64,000 nucleotides of DNA from Carcharhinus amblyrhynchos (lineage: Eukaryota). The notes under the pieces are model-generated. The model searched no databases. It saw only the letters and a list, made by a program, of their open reading frames with translations, and had not been told where the DNA came from. Positions 63,934-64,000 of this stretch are shown here, piece by piece. The stretch covers positions 11,036,001 through 11,100,000 of the forward strand of contig OZ336873.1 of the NCBI GenBank assembly GCA_965287045.1, written 5' to 3'. Position numbers and translations under genes: made by a program. Position 1 is the first letter of the stretch; every line of letters begins with the position of its first letter.

Positions 63934-64000
63934 CACCATTGTTTCAGAGTGTTTTCTATTTTCTTAATCCATCCCTACCATCAGGTTCCTGAATCTATAG

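Noticed and set aside
1-64000. CRISPR arrays, operons or other prokaryotic systems
   Set aside because: No regularly spaced repeats or gene-dense coding DNA; the content is vertebrate SINE/LINE-rich sequence

Overview
Vertebrate genomic DNA, most likely a shark or ray, inferred from its repeat families. It reads as intronic or intergenic sequence from a large locus, and I recognise no host protein-coding exon. Almost every ORF in the track is noise or transposon-derived. Retroelements: (1) four nearly identical 5'-truncated copies of a young CR1 (HER1-like) LINE with (TTCTTATG)n tails, plus older CR1/L2/Rex1-Babar remnants; (2) about 20 tRNA-derived HE1/V-SINE-like copies with two interchangeable 3' tails, a second tRNA-SINE family, and ancient SacSINE1/Deu-type SINEs; (3) two solo-LTR-like inserts; (4) a Penelope GIY-YIG fragment and at least three families of short Penelope-derived inserts carrying minimal hammerhead-ribozyme cores, mostly as inverted repeats, several flanked by 8-13 bp target-site duplications. 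DNA transposons: a fossil PIF/Harbinger transposase and many MITE-like elements. The two most unusual structures are a perfect 63-bp-arm hairpin with an intact hammerhead core (43336-43530, with a second same-strand core 446 nt downstream) and an exact 259-bp copy of nearby DNA at the 5' junction of a young CR1 (48766-50449). TE-poor blocks hold enhancer-like, CTCF-like and RBFOX/QKI motifs and a few candidate exons. All calls were made by eye; no alignments or database searches were run.
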